Source: a bacterium
GTDB lineage: Bacteria > Aerophobota > Aerophobia > Aerophobales > AE-B3A
NCBI GenBank assembly: GCA_046758525.1
Contig: JBHIAL010000001.1
Location: forward strand, 667-64,666
DNA: 64,000 nucleotides
Direction: 5' to 3'
The translations under genes and the position numbers were made by a program. Under the pieces are notes generated by a model. The model worked only from the letters and a program-made list of their open reading frames with translations, ran no database searches and was not told the origin of the DNA. Below, piece by piece: positions 34,877 through 44,296 of this stretch; position 1 is the first letter of the stretch, and each line of letters starts with the position of its first letter.

Positions 34877-37432
34877 ATGTCTACAAACATATTTTTTGAC
34901 GATTTCGGGGGCACATACCCCTCAACAAACTGGATAGAAGATTCTGGCGCTAATGATTTAAATATATCATCTGGCGAATTAAGAAATGACGTTACAGGTG
35001 AAGTATTTGCTACTCATACAGGCACAACCATGCCAGCTATTAATGGCAAGGAAAATTATGCAGTTGAAGTTAGGATAAGAGTCTCCGCAGCAACAAATAA
35101 TTTTAGTGGGCTGATTGCACGATATACGGGGACAAGTGATTATTATTATGTAAAGGTAGATTGGGCAGGGAATAAGATAGAACTTAGAAAAAAGACAACG
35201 GCAGGCGGGGACGAGTTAATCCAATCTGTTAATAAGACAGTATTTTTTCTATCTGCTGGTAATTATTATTATATGAAATTCATTGTTAAGGATACTAATT
35301 TAAAAGTTTTCTTATCAAAAATTACTAATCTTGTTCTTCCTGTTTATGACGAGCCCCCCCTCTTCGATGTTACAGACACAAGTTTAGCTACGGGAAAACC
35401 AGGTGTCTGGGGAAATGCCAATGCTGCAAATGAATTATATTGGGATAATTTTAGCGTTGATGTAACAGAATTGTATGTTGATTTTGCATCTGGATTAGAC
35501 ACTAATAACGGAAGAACTCCAGCCAATGCAAAAAAACATATTCAGGATACAATTTATAGTTTTACACCATTTGGAACATATCAAAGCACTCCGTTAGGTA
35601 TAGATATAATTTTACGCAGAAACCAGATACACGATACATTATATAGCAGATTTGAAAACGAACATACATCATGGCGTTCAACTTTCCTCACATGGGCCCC
35701 AATAGGGCAGAGATACCTACCTTTAAAGCTTAAATCTGATAATGATACAATTGGAAGATGGACAGCAGACGCAGGTAATGCTATACCTGCCCAGTTAAAT
35801 TTCTACCGTTCCTACGGAGATGTTGGAGATAACCTGTCCCCATACATTGGACACTTCAAGAACCAAGTATTGGATGGGTTCATGGAAAGAACTGGTACAA
35901 CAGATTGGACTGCTGGTAACAGCGCAACATTATCAAAAGACACAGTTGAAAAAACATCAGGGAGCCAATCTCTCAAGGTTGTTGCGGGGGCAAGTGCAGG
36001 TTGGGCAGAACAATCAGGAGATTCAGTAAATAATTCGGGTAATTTCTTCGTTGGCGGTTATGGCTTCCGCTTTAGGAAATGGGAGTTCTCCTGTCGTTAC
36101 AAAGGCGCAAATTGCAGAATTATCATTGAAGATACAAGTAGTAATGTTATCTGGGATAGCGGAAACCTTAATAGTGCAGGCTGGTCAATTGCAACATTTA
36201 CGGTTGAATTCCCCCGACCAGGTAAAATCAAGCTATATGCTAATGCAGCCAGCGCAATCTCTTATTATGATGATGTAATCATTGCATACGATAAAACTAC
36301 AGAAAGACTCAGTGCCTTCCTTGCTGGGAATCATGTTTATTTTGATGATGTACGTTTTTACTATGACTTATCCAATTTATCATGGGCTGAATATACCAGC
36401 ATAATTGGCCCTAATCTTGGTGATTATACAGGCATACAGGCAATTGCTTATCAGTTTAAAGCATGCAGATTTACATCCAATCCTTCCATGTACGATGGTG
36501 GATGGGAGACATTAATTTTCTCCAGATATGGAGATGATGATATGACTTTGTTTGATACCTGTAATATTGATAATAATACGTCTAACTCAGGAGAAGTTTT
36601 CTGGGGGCAATTCCGTAACGTAAAACTAAAGAAATGTACCATAGAGAATGTAGCAGAAGTCCTGAACGCAGGAGGAAACTTTATCTGGGAGGATTGCAAG
36701 ATTGGCACAGTTAATAAAAAGGTTGCTCAACCTATTGGTGTAAGTGGCGGATTTGAAACATTTGGGTATCTGCGAGTATACTCGAAAGGGTGTGAGTATC
36801 ATTATACAGGCGCTGCCATTGTGAATGATTCTATGCTAACTACAGATATGATAAATGCACAACCACCTAATGATAACTATATCATACTTGAAGACTACGG
36901 AGACCAAGGAGCGACAGTAAAAGGGACCCGATGGGGATATAGAAGATTAGGTAATGTAAAATATAACACTGATTATACATACAAGTCTCAAAATTCATGG
37001 CGAGCTGAAGGAAATGTAAATACAAACACAACTGAACCTTTATTAATAATTGAATATCCAGGACTACGACTTAATAATCCTCAAGATATTGAAATACGTG
37101 TTATGCCTCGTGAGGGATGGACTACATTACCCACAACCTATATTGACGGCACAACAATAAGCGGTTTGTGGTTTGAAATAGAGTATTATAATAGTGCATT
37201 AAACGCTGATGTCATTAAACGATATAGTTATCAGGAGACACAACAACCATTAGCAGAGAATGTGTGGACTCCAATCAAGATTTCCTCAAGTAATTATACC
37301 TTCAACGCTCCAGGATTTGTCTCTACCATAAGGGTTTATTTGTCAACAGGCGAAGCAGGGAAGTATGTTTATGTAGATGGAGTGCCCAAAGTCTCAAATG
37401 TAAATTTCCAACCAGATTTGGTAGGATGGTAG
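34877..37432 (+). CDS. receptor-binding / tail fiber protein with N-terminal concanavalin-A-like (LamG-type) domain
   Basis: 851 aa. Its N-terminal ~150 aa are paralogous to the N-terminus of the next gene: F.DDF......NW.E...L.I.S..L.ND....GLIAR....YY. Confidence 0.5.
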   Translation: MSTNIFFDDFGGTYPSTNWIEDSGANDLNISSGELRNDVTGEVFATHTGTTMPAINGKENYAVEVRIRVSAATNNFSGLIARYTGTSDYYYVKVDWAGNKIELRKKTTAGGDELIQSVNKTVFFLSAGNYYYMKFIVKDTNLKVFLSKITNLVLPVYDEPPLFDVTDTSLATGKPGVWGNANAANELYWDNFSVDVTELYVDFASGLDTNNGRTPANAKKHIQDTIYSFTPFGTYQSTPLGIDIILRRNQIHDTLYSRFENEHTSWRSTFLTWAPIGQRYLPLKLKSDNDTIGRWTADAGNAIPAQLNFYRSYGDVGDNLSPYIGHFKNQVLDGFMERTGTTDWTAGNSATLSKDTVEKTSGSQSLKVVAGASAGWAEQSGDSVNNSGNFFVGGYGFRFRKWEFSCRYKGANCRIIIEDTSSNVIWDSGNLNSAGWSIATFTVEFPRPGKIKLYANAASAISYYDDVIIAYDKTTERLSAFLAGNHVYFDDVRFYYDLSNLSWAEYTSIIGPNLGDYTGIQAIAYQFKACRFTSNPSMYDGGWETLIFSRYGDDDMTLFDTCNIDNNTSNSGEVFWGQFRNVKLKKCTIENVAEVLNAGGNFIWEDCKIGTVNKKVAQPIGVSGGFETFGYLRVYSKGCEYHYTGAAIVNDSMLTTDMINAQPPNDNYIILEDYGDQGATVKGTRWGYRRLGNVKYNTDYTYKSQNSWRAEGNVNTNTTEPLLIIEYPGLRLNNPQDIEIRVMPREGWTTLPTTYIDGTTISGLWFEIEYYNSALNADVIKRYSYQETQQPLAENVWTPIKISSSNYTFNAPGFVSTIRVYLSTGEAGKYVYVDGVPKVSNVNFQPDLVGW

Positions 37433-37443
37433 GGGTTTAATAT

Positions 37444-40400
37444 ATGGCACAACTCGTTTTTGAAGATGATTTTGACAGAGCAGACAGTTCAGATTTAGGC
37501 TCAAACTGGGATGAATTTGACACAGGATTATCAATTGCAAGTAATAAACTAAGTAATGATACATCTGCTGGTTTAAGTGGTACTGCTGTATATACAGGAG
37601 TAGTGCTGAACAACCAAGAAGTGCAGGCTATTGTGAGCACATCCTCTATTGGAGGCGCATCAGACAACGCTAATGGACTGATTGCAAGGCGGGCTAATAG
37701 TAGCTATTATTCTATTCACATGAATTGGGACACAGGGGAGCTTAAACTTCAAAAGAATGTCAGTGGAGTCTGGACAACACTTGGGAGTATCATTAAGACT
37801 GTCGCTATAAATACAGATTATCTATTAAGGCTTATTTGTAAAGGTAATTCAATTGAGGCATGGTTTGACAAGGTGGGAGAGGAGAAAGGAGTTGCCCAAA
37901 TAAGTGTAGAGGATAGTTCCATTAGTTCTGGAAGTGCTGGGGTCAGAGCACCTTTTGTCTTTGGTGTAAATGAGGTTACATGGAATGATTTTAAAATATT
38001 CAATCTTAATGTGCCTGCTGAGGGCTTTGTTACGCCAAATAAGATTTTTTTACAAACAATTAATAATATACCATCAGATAACATTAATCTTAACTCCGCA
38101 ATAAGAAATCCAAATAGCGGTACATGGGAAGATTTGAAATGGGGGGATAAACGTATAGAAAACTACAAATACTGGGCATATCCTTTTAATGATGGTAAAT
38201 ACACATCCCCCATTATAGATTTGGGTAAACAAGATAATACTGGTACAACCACTGCCCCAAATTCCACTACAATTGCATTAAATACCACAGCCTCCGACAA
38301 AGACGATTTCTATAACAACTGGGATATAACCGTTGTTGATAATGGGAGTATTAAGAAGGGAAAGATAACTGATTATTTTGGCAGCTCAAGAGTAGCTGTA
38401 CTGGATTTCACTATAGTAAATCAGGTAACTAATACCCCAGTAACACTCAGTGGCAAGGTTTTTTATAATACCAAAATAAAGATTATTCCACGTATTACAC
38501 AACATACAACTAATTATACACCAGAGAGTCTGCAGATGGATGATAATGGAAGAGTACGTCTAAATATCAAAGGCAAATGCAATATTATGAAATCCCGAAC
38601 AGGTTATAAGGGGGAGTTCGGAAGGAAAGCCACAAATGCTCTGACCCAATTGAATTATTTTTGGATTGATAGCAACAGACAATTTGTATTTGTATCAAAA
38701 AGGGGGGATGACTTTATACAAAAATTAAACTATAAAGACCTTTCAATAGTGCAGGAGGTTGATAATTCCGACATTGGTATTACATTCGGAGATGAAAGAG
38801 ACGGACTTGGAGGTATTACAGGAGACAGTGAATATATTTATTACCTGTATAATAATGATGAGGAAGCTGCTTCGGCAAGTTATGTAATCAAGCGACGCCA
38901 ATCGGATTTGGCATTCATAGACAAAAAATCTACTCTAACAGGGGATTCAACAGCGCTCAATATTAGTTCTGATACAGGACTTTGGTGGGATGGGACTAAT
39001 CTATTCATCTGCGACAAGTATAATGATAGAGTGATTAAAAGTGATTCCACATTGGCATATATTGCGGATTATTTGGATGCCACTAATTTTACCCCTATAA
39101 GTGTTTGGGGAGGGAGCAGCTCCGAATCAAGTATATATGTATTAAATAATCATACAATTGAGAAATCAGCAAGGAGAATCACCAAGTCCACCATGTCCCT
39201 GAACGGCACAAGTACAGTAAACCTGACATTCCCTCGATATATTTTTGGTGATGGGGCAGGAGCGCCCAACATATATATACTTGAGGCACAATCATATCCT
39301 AAATCTAACAGACTTTTGAGGCTGGACGCCACTTTGGCAGTTGTTATTGGAGAAACCGATAAACTTGGGCCGAACAATGAAAAAAGCTACTTTGGAGGAG
39401 GTTTTGGAAATGTTTTTAATAACCAAATCTATCTATCATTCAGGCGATTGCATATCATGGATACTATGAATGTCGATTTAACATGGGGAGGCACAGAGAA
39501 GACATCGCCAAGTTCCACAGCAGATTCCATACCTCAATTTGCATCAATTACGGGAGATGACAAACATTTTTATATTAGCGACCATAATACCCAAAGAATC
39601 ATCAAGGTTAATCGTAATACACTTATTCCCATAACTACCACACCCCATTTCTTTGATTTGGTAGGAGGCGATTTTACAAAAATTGAAAGGGCAATGCGCT
39701 CTGATGATTCACATTTATATATAACAATCGACACATATAGCAATCCAGACAAGATAATTAAAGTCAGGAAGGACACGATGCAGATTGAAAAAATCGGATT
39801 GTTAGCAGATGGAGCTACAAATTATTCCCCTGCGCTGTACGAAGGAATGGCTGTTGATGGAGGCTTCATCTACATTTCAAATGGTTTTGGGGAATTTACC
39901 AAATGGAAAACATCCGATTTAAGCTTTGTCGCCAGCAACACCAACACCAACAAGGCGGAGATTAATTCTCCTCGCAGCTTATGGGCGGACGGAGATTATA
40001 TTTATGTAACAAATCACCGTAAACTTACAGGTAAAACAGACTACAGCATTTCAATCTTGAGTGCAAAAACATCAACATTTGGGAATTTTCTTACATCCTA
40101 TGAATTCTCAAAGTTTGACCGCCCTTATGGAATCACTGGCGATACGACCGAAGGTTATCTATATACAACCAATATTGGAGAAGACACTACGACATTTAAT
40201 ATTCTTGGAGAACCTGTTACTGTTTATGATTCATTTATTACGAAGATTCAATATGATAGAGATATAGGATTTCTTTACTCTGCTACATTAAACTTTGGAA
40301 GTCAGGGTTTGGGAAAATCAAACTTTGACCGTCCAAGGTCAATCCATGTAGATAGTGATTATATATTTATTGCAGATAGTGGAAATTACCGCATTATGCG

Positions 40401-41148
40401 CAGATACAAGGATGTTTATTTCAGGGTCAAATTATTAACAGATGAAAGTACATCGGATGGATTACCCAGTAAGGTAAATGACGCCTATAGAGGATATGAT
40501 ATTGTGCTTGTAAACCACCCAGAAATATCACAATTCAAGTCCAGACGGAAGGTTATAAGTTATAATGCACGAACAAACCGTATCAGGGTTGCAAGAAGTA
40601 ACCCCCTGTTTGTAAAAGCCGTTAATAAACTAAATAACGTCCGATATAGAATGGTTTATAAAAGTGAATACTTTGATGATGTACAAAATATACACAAAAA
40701 TCCTAAAATAAGGATAAAGACATCAGATAGGGATTCGCTACTCACATCCATACCTTGGGAGAGTTATTCACCACAAAAAGAATACAGCGCCGTACGATTT
40801 GTCCAGTATGATTCAAAATTTGAGGTAAAAGACCACCAGGCAAATATAGAAGTTGATACTATACAGTTTAAAGCTCATATAGTGCTTCAAAATGATGGGG
40901 GAACTAATATTAGCATTCCTTCTTCTACAGATGCAACAAAGATATTCTTTAATAAAAGATTTAATGAAATACCAAGAATCAATGCCACAGTTGATAGCAC
41001 AACGGCTGCTTATGCCGTTGTATCAAATGCAACAATAATAGATACAACCAATTACCCCCCTTTTGGAGGTTTTGACGTTAGATTATTTGATGGCGCTGGA
41101 ACGCAAATAGCAGGTACACTGCTAAGCTGGACAGCAACAGAATTTTAG
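37444..41148 (+). CDS. receptor-binding / tail fiber protein: ConA-like N-terminal domain plus NHL-type beta-propeller repeats
   Basis: 1234 aa. N-terminus paralogous to 34877..37432. NHL-like repeats: DRPYGITGDTTEGYLYTTN; DRPRSIHVDSDYIFIADSGNYRIMRR; PRSLWADGDYIYVTNHRK; KHFYISDHNTQRIIKV. Confidence 0.5.
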   Translation: MAQLVFEDDFDRADSSDLGSNWDEFDTGLSIASNKLSNDTSAGLSGTAVYTGVVLNNQEVQAIVSTSSIGGASDNANGLIARRANSSYYSIHMNWDTGELKLQKNVSGVWTTLGSIIKTVAINTDYLLRLICKGNSIEAWFDKVGEEKGVAQISVEDSSISSGSAGVRAPFVFGVNEVTWNDFKIFNLNVPAEGFVTPNKIFLQTINNIPSDNINLNSAIRNPNSGTWEDLKWGDKRIENYKYWAYPFNDGKYTSPIIDLGKQDNTGTTTAPNSTTIALNTTASDKDDFYNNWDITVVDNGSIKKGKITDYFGSSRVAVLDFTIVNQVTNTPVTLSGKVFYNTKIKIIPRITQHTTNYTPESLQMDDNGRVRLNIKGKCNIMKSRTGYKGEFGRKATNALTQLNYFWIDSNRQFVFVSKRGDDFIQKLNYKDLSIVQEVDNSDIGITFGDERDGLGGITGDSEYIYYLYNNDEEAASASYVIKRRQSDLAFIDKKSTLTGDSTALNISSDTGLWWDGTNLFICDKYNDRVIKSDSTLAYIADYLDATNFTPISVWGGSSSESSIYVLNNHTIEKSARRITKSTMSLNGTSTVNLTFPRYIFGDGAGAPNIYILEAQSYPKSNRLLRLDATLAVVIGETDKLGPNNEKSYFGGGFGNVFNNQIYLSFRRLHIMDTMNVDLTWGGTEKTSPSSTADSIPQFASITGDDKHFYISDHNTQRIIKVNRNTLIPITTTPHFFDLVGGDFTKIERAMRSDDSHLYITIDTYSNPDKIIKVRKDTMQIEKIGLLADGATNYSPALYEGMAVDGGFIYISNGFGEFTKWKTSDLSFVASNTNTNKAEINSPRSLWADGDYIYVTNHRKLTGKTDYSISILSAKTSTFGNFLTSYEFSKFDRPYGITGDTTEGYLYTTNIGEDTTTFNILGEPVTVYDSFITKIQYDRDIGFLYSATLNFGSQGLGKSNFDRPRSIHVDSDYIFIADSGNYRIMRRYKDVYFRVKLLTDESTSDGLPSKVNDAYRGYDIVLVNHPEISQFKSRRKVISYNARTNRIRVARSNPLFVKAVNKLNNVRYRMVYKSEYFDDVQNIHKNPKIRIKTSDRDSLLTSIPWESYSPQKEYSAVRFVQYDSKFEVKDHQANIEVDTIQFKAHIVLQNDGGTNISIPSSTDATKIFFNKRFNEIPRINATVDSTTAAYAVVSNATIIDTTNYPPFGGFDVRLFDGAGTQIAGTLLSWTATEF

Positions 41149-41166
41149 AATAAGGAGTTAAATATC

Positions 41167-42129
41167 ATGGGACAAGCTTGGCCTGGCATGGGAGAAGATT
41201 TACACGATAATAGAGGAGTTCTTGATGGAAGAACAAATACATTAAGGAGCAATTTTTCTGGTACATCATGGCCCACTGATGATGTAAGTGAGGGGCAGAC
41301 ATCTTATAATACTACTACAGGACTTCTTGGTTTGAGAAAGAGCGATGCTTATGTTCCTTTAAACGCAATAATAGAAAACCGCCTTTTTTACAAGAACCTT
41401 GTTATTACAAACAATGCAACCACTCCTGCAACCCAACTGGATATAAGTGCAGATTTTATTTCATGTAATGGGTATGCTATAACAAGTGCAACAACTTGGA
41501 CACTTGATGCAGGGCAGACACAGACTGCTGATGAGGCTAACAAAAGGGATTCAGCCACAGGATTAGTAGCCGATACATGGTATTTCATCTACTTGATAGT
41601 AGATACAGGAGCTTCAGAACCTCTGGGGCAGTCTCCCACCTTTGCAACAATACTCTCTACAAACTCTACAACGCCAACATTAACATCCTCTGGTTACGAT
41701 AAATTTGTTAGAATAGGCGCAGTGAGAACACTAAGCGGAGCTGCAACATTCAGGGAATTCCAACAAACAGATAACGTTGTTTTTTACACTGATGGTAGCT
41801 CAGATACAGACACGAACATTCTCTCAACAGCTACTCCAGCTACTTCTTTTACAGACTTAACTATAGCACAACTTGGTAAATCTGTACCAAATGACGGTAC
41901 AAACTATTTTTCTCGGAAAATATTCTTTTATGCTACAAAGGCTACATCGGGGACTATAAACGTGAGACCCAATAATTCACCGTCCACAAATGGGGTATCT
42001 CCAGAGGTTCTTTCTGCATTACCTAAGCCATATATTCCAATGCCTATTGCAAAGACAGGTCTGGAATATAAAGCGTCAACACAGACACAAGTAGACCTGT
42101 ATGTGGCTGGTTATGTTGATATTATTTAA
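41167..42129 (+). CDS. putative tail fiber-associated structural protein
   Basis: 320 aa, Thr/Ser-rich. It is the last gene of the plus-strand structural block. Confidence 0.35.
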   Translation: MGQAWPGMGEDLHDNRGVLDGRTNTLRSNFSGTSWPTDDVSEGQTSYNTTTGLLGLRKSDAYVPLNAIIENRLFYKNLVITNNATTPATQLDISADFISCNGYAITSATTWTLDAGQTQTADEANKRDSATGLVADTWYFIYLIVDTGASEPLGQSPTFATILSTNSTTPTLTSSGYDKFVRIGAVRTLSGAATFREFQQTDNVVFYTDGSSDTDTNILSTATPATSFTDLTIAQLGKSVPNDGTNYFSRKIFFYATKATSGTINVRPNNSPSTNGVSPEVLSALPKPYIPMPIAKTGLEYKASTQTQVDLYVAGYVDII

Positions 42130-42178
42130 TTGATATTAAATAAACCCACAAAAAACATAGAAAATCCCCTTGCATACC

Positions 42179-42207
42179 TTGACAAATCAATTATTTTATG
42201 ATATAAT
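42179..42207 (+). promoter_or_regulatory. consensus sigma70 promoter TTGACA-17-TATAAT
   Basis: Perfect -35 at 42179..42184 and perfect -10 at 42202..42207 with a 17-nt spacer. The ATG of the RHH gene lies 10 nt after the -10, so the transcript is leaderless. Confidence 0.6.
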
Positions 42208-42216
42208 TATGTTGTA

Positions 42217-42423
42217 ATGAAAAATACTGAAAAACCCACATCTGACGTGATTGTTTATACCAAATTATCCCGCACAATATGGTTTGCTGAAAATCATTAT
42301 TATTGGCTCGAAGAGGAAGCCATGCGTAGAAGACATAAAGGAGATAGACAGGCTTCTATTTCAGGGTTAGTACGTGAGGCAATTGAACTTTTGATGAATA
42401 AAACAAAAAACCAAAGCGACTAA
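42217..42423 (+). CDS. ribbon-helix-helix (CopG/Arc-like) DNA-binding protein
   Basis: 68 aa. KLSRTIWFAENHYYWLEEEA looks like a beta-strand plus helix A. RQASISGLVREAIELL matches the RHH helix-B consensus (S.lIReAi). Confidence 0.4.
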   Translation: MKNTEKPTSDVIVYTKLSRTIWFAENHYYWLEEEAMRRRHKGDRQASISGLVREAIELLMNKTKNQSD

Positions 42424-42458
42424 ATGTAAACCCAAAAAGATTTTAAGAGGCTAAAAGA

Positions 42459-42665
42459 ATGAAAATAAGAGAATATACAATTCCCATTTGTGATTCTTGC
42501 TACGACTTGCAAGGTGAAATGTGCCATACTCCAAGGTGTGTATTCATTAGGCACACAATGAGTGCGGTAAAGGAGCTTTTAAATATATTACAAATAAGGA
42601 TTCCAGGCTTGGAGGGTGAAAGTGTTATTGTTCAGAATAAACCACCCGAATATTCCACCAAATAA
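42459..42665 (+). CDS. hypothetical small Cys-containing protein
   Basis: 68 aa. CDSCYD...C..PRC. Confidence 0.3.
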   Translation: MKIREYTIPICDSCYDLQGEMCHTPRCVFIRHTMSAVKELLNILQIRIPGLEGESVIVQNKPPEYSTK

Positions 42666-43205
42666 GGAGAAGCAATGAGTGTTGAATTGAAGATAAGGTG
42701 GATTTTTTACAGTAGAATGCGATAAATGCCATAAAATATATGATTCAGGCGATACTACCGAATTTTGGCTTGAACATTTTAATGGGTGGACATGGGAGAT
42801 GGAGGAAAATGGATGGGGGTCAAACAGTTTAATCAATGAAGATTCCTCTCGGAAATGGAAATTTGGATTGTCCAACATAAAAATATATTGTCCAGATTGT
42901 AGAGAACATAAAGATTTACGATAATGAAAATTACCAAACAAACAATCCAAGAATGTATAGATGCGTTAATTGATACCAAGAGTGCATATCTTTGTAAACA
43001 TTGCAAAAAAAAATATATGCAAATGTAAATAAAGATAGTCTATGTTTCTCTTGTTGGCAAGAAAGGAAGGAGTGTGAGTGAGATATTGGTTAATTATTAT
43101 CATACTTGCCCTTGCCTTTGTGTATCACTCAATTTTGATTAGTGAATTGAAAAGTGAATTACGGTACATCAAAGGCAAAGTTAATAAAATGCTAATTATA
43201 AGGCG

Positions 43206-43541
43206 ATGTTAATGGTAAGCTGGAAAGATGATGTAGATGTACGTGGGGAACGGCGTATCTATGATGAGGACGTTTTGTGTGATGGGTGTGACACGTGGCA
43301 AATACCAATTGCACATGATGAAGAGGGCGAAGTATACTGCATCTACTGTATAGAAAAGATTGCAGAGTGGTTTCGCAACATAGCTCCTCCTTTGACGGGG
43401 AAAGGGGTGCTTTTTGCTGGAGAGGATGTGATTTTTGACGTGGAAAAAAAGATAGATAAGGTTTCAGAAACTATTGATAAGTATAGGATAAAAGAAGAAA
43501 TACGACAAGAATATAAGAGAAATAAGTATCAACACATATAA
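43206..43541 (+). CDS. zinc-finger small protein
   Basis: CDGCD...CIYC. Confidence 0.3.
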   Translation: MLMVSWKDDVDVRGERRIYDEDVLCDGCDTWQIPIAHDEEGEVYCIYCIEKIAEWFRNIAPPLTGKGVLFAGEDVIFDVEKKIDKVSETIDKYRIKEEIRQEYKRNKYQHI

Positions 43542-43569
43542 CAGTAAGGAAACTGAAAAAGAGAAAAAC

Positions 43570-43782
43570 ATGACAACGAACCTAAACATTGAACATGTGC
43601 CGAGCTGGGAGGTGAAACTCAACTATATGAACTTAATATATGCCCTGAAATTCGGCATTATCAGGCAAAAATGCAGGTGCGGTTCTGTGCTGTTATGGCA
43701 TGAATCTACACAGACGCTCCGATGTCCAGATTGCAGGTACAATTTTTTTCTTCAGGAATTCCGTTTGCCTTTTTCTTTGTAA
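43570..43782 (+). CDS. zinc-ribbon small protein
   Basis: CRCGS...CPDC. Confidence 0.3.
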   Translation: MTTNLNIEHVPSWEVKLNYMNLIYALKFGIIRQKCRCGSVLLWHESTQTLRCPDCRYNFFLQEFRLPFSL

Positions 43783-43934
43783 GAAAGTGGGGAAATCAAT
43801 GACACAAAATCATAATAGCAGGGAGGATATTCTTGCACAAATAGCAGTGTTAGATGTAGCTAATATGATACATGGGAAAGATGTGATAAGGAATTATAAA
43901 AGAAAAGAGTTACTCGAAAAGCTCAAGAGAGAAA

Positions 43935-44279
43935 ATGAAAAGCAAAAATGATATAAAAAAAGATTTGCACTTGCTGAAAGACCGCTTAAGATTGGCAGAT
44001 AGGAGTCTATTAGAAACGGTTTTAACCCAATTCTATCTGCCCGAAATTCCTTTGAGCAAACTGAAAAGAATTGTGGACAGTCATTCTGAGAATCTGAGCG
44101 AAGACACATCTATCCTTGTAAAAACTGTCCAAGGAAGAGAGAAATTAATCAGTCTTGCGCAAGAAGAATTTTTAAGTGCTATGACCTTTAGAGAGCTTTG
44201 GGGACTAATAATTAGATTCGCTCAGGAAAAAGAAGGAATACTTGAAGATATTTTAGGTTTTCTTGGAGTGCGTTATTGA
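43935..44279 (+). CDS. hypothetical protein
   Basis: 114 aa. The overlapping ORF 43700..43951 is an alternative call. Confidence 0.3.
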   Translation: MKSKNDIKKDLHLLKDRLRLADRSLLETVLTQFYLPEIPLSKLKRIVDSHSENLSEDTSILVKTVQGREKLISLAQEEFLSAMTFRELWGLIIRFAQEKEGILEDILGFLGVRY

Positions 44280-44296
44280 GCGGATAAAGCGCTGGC

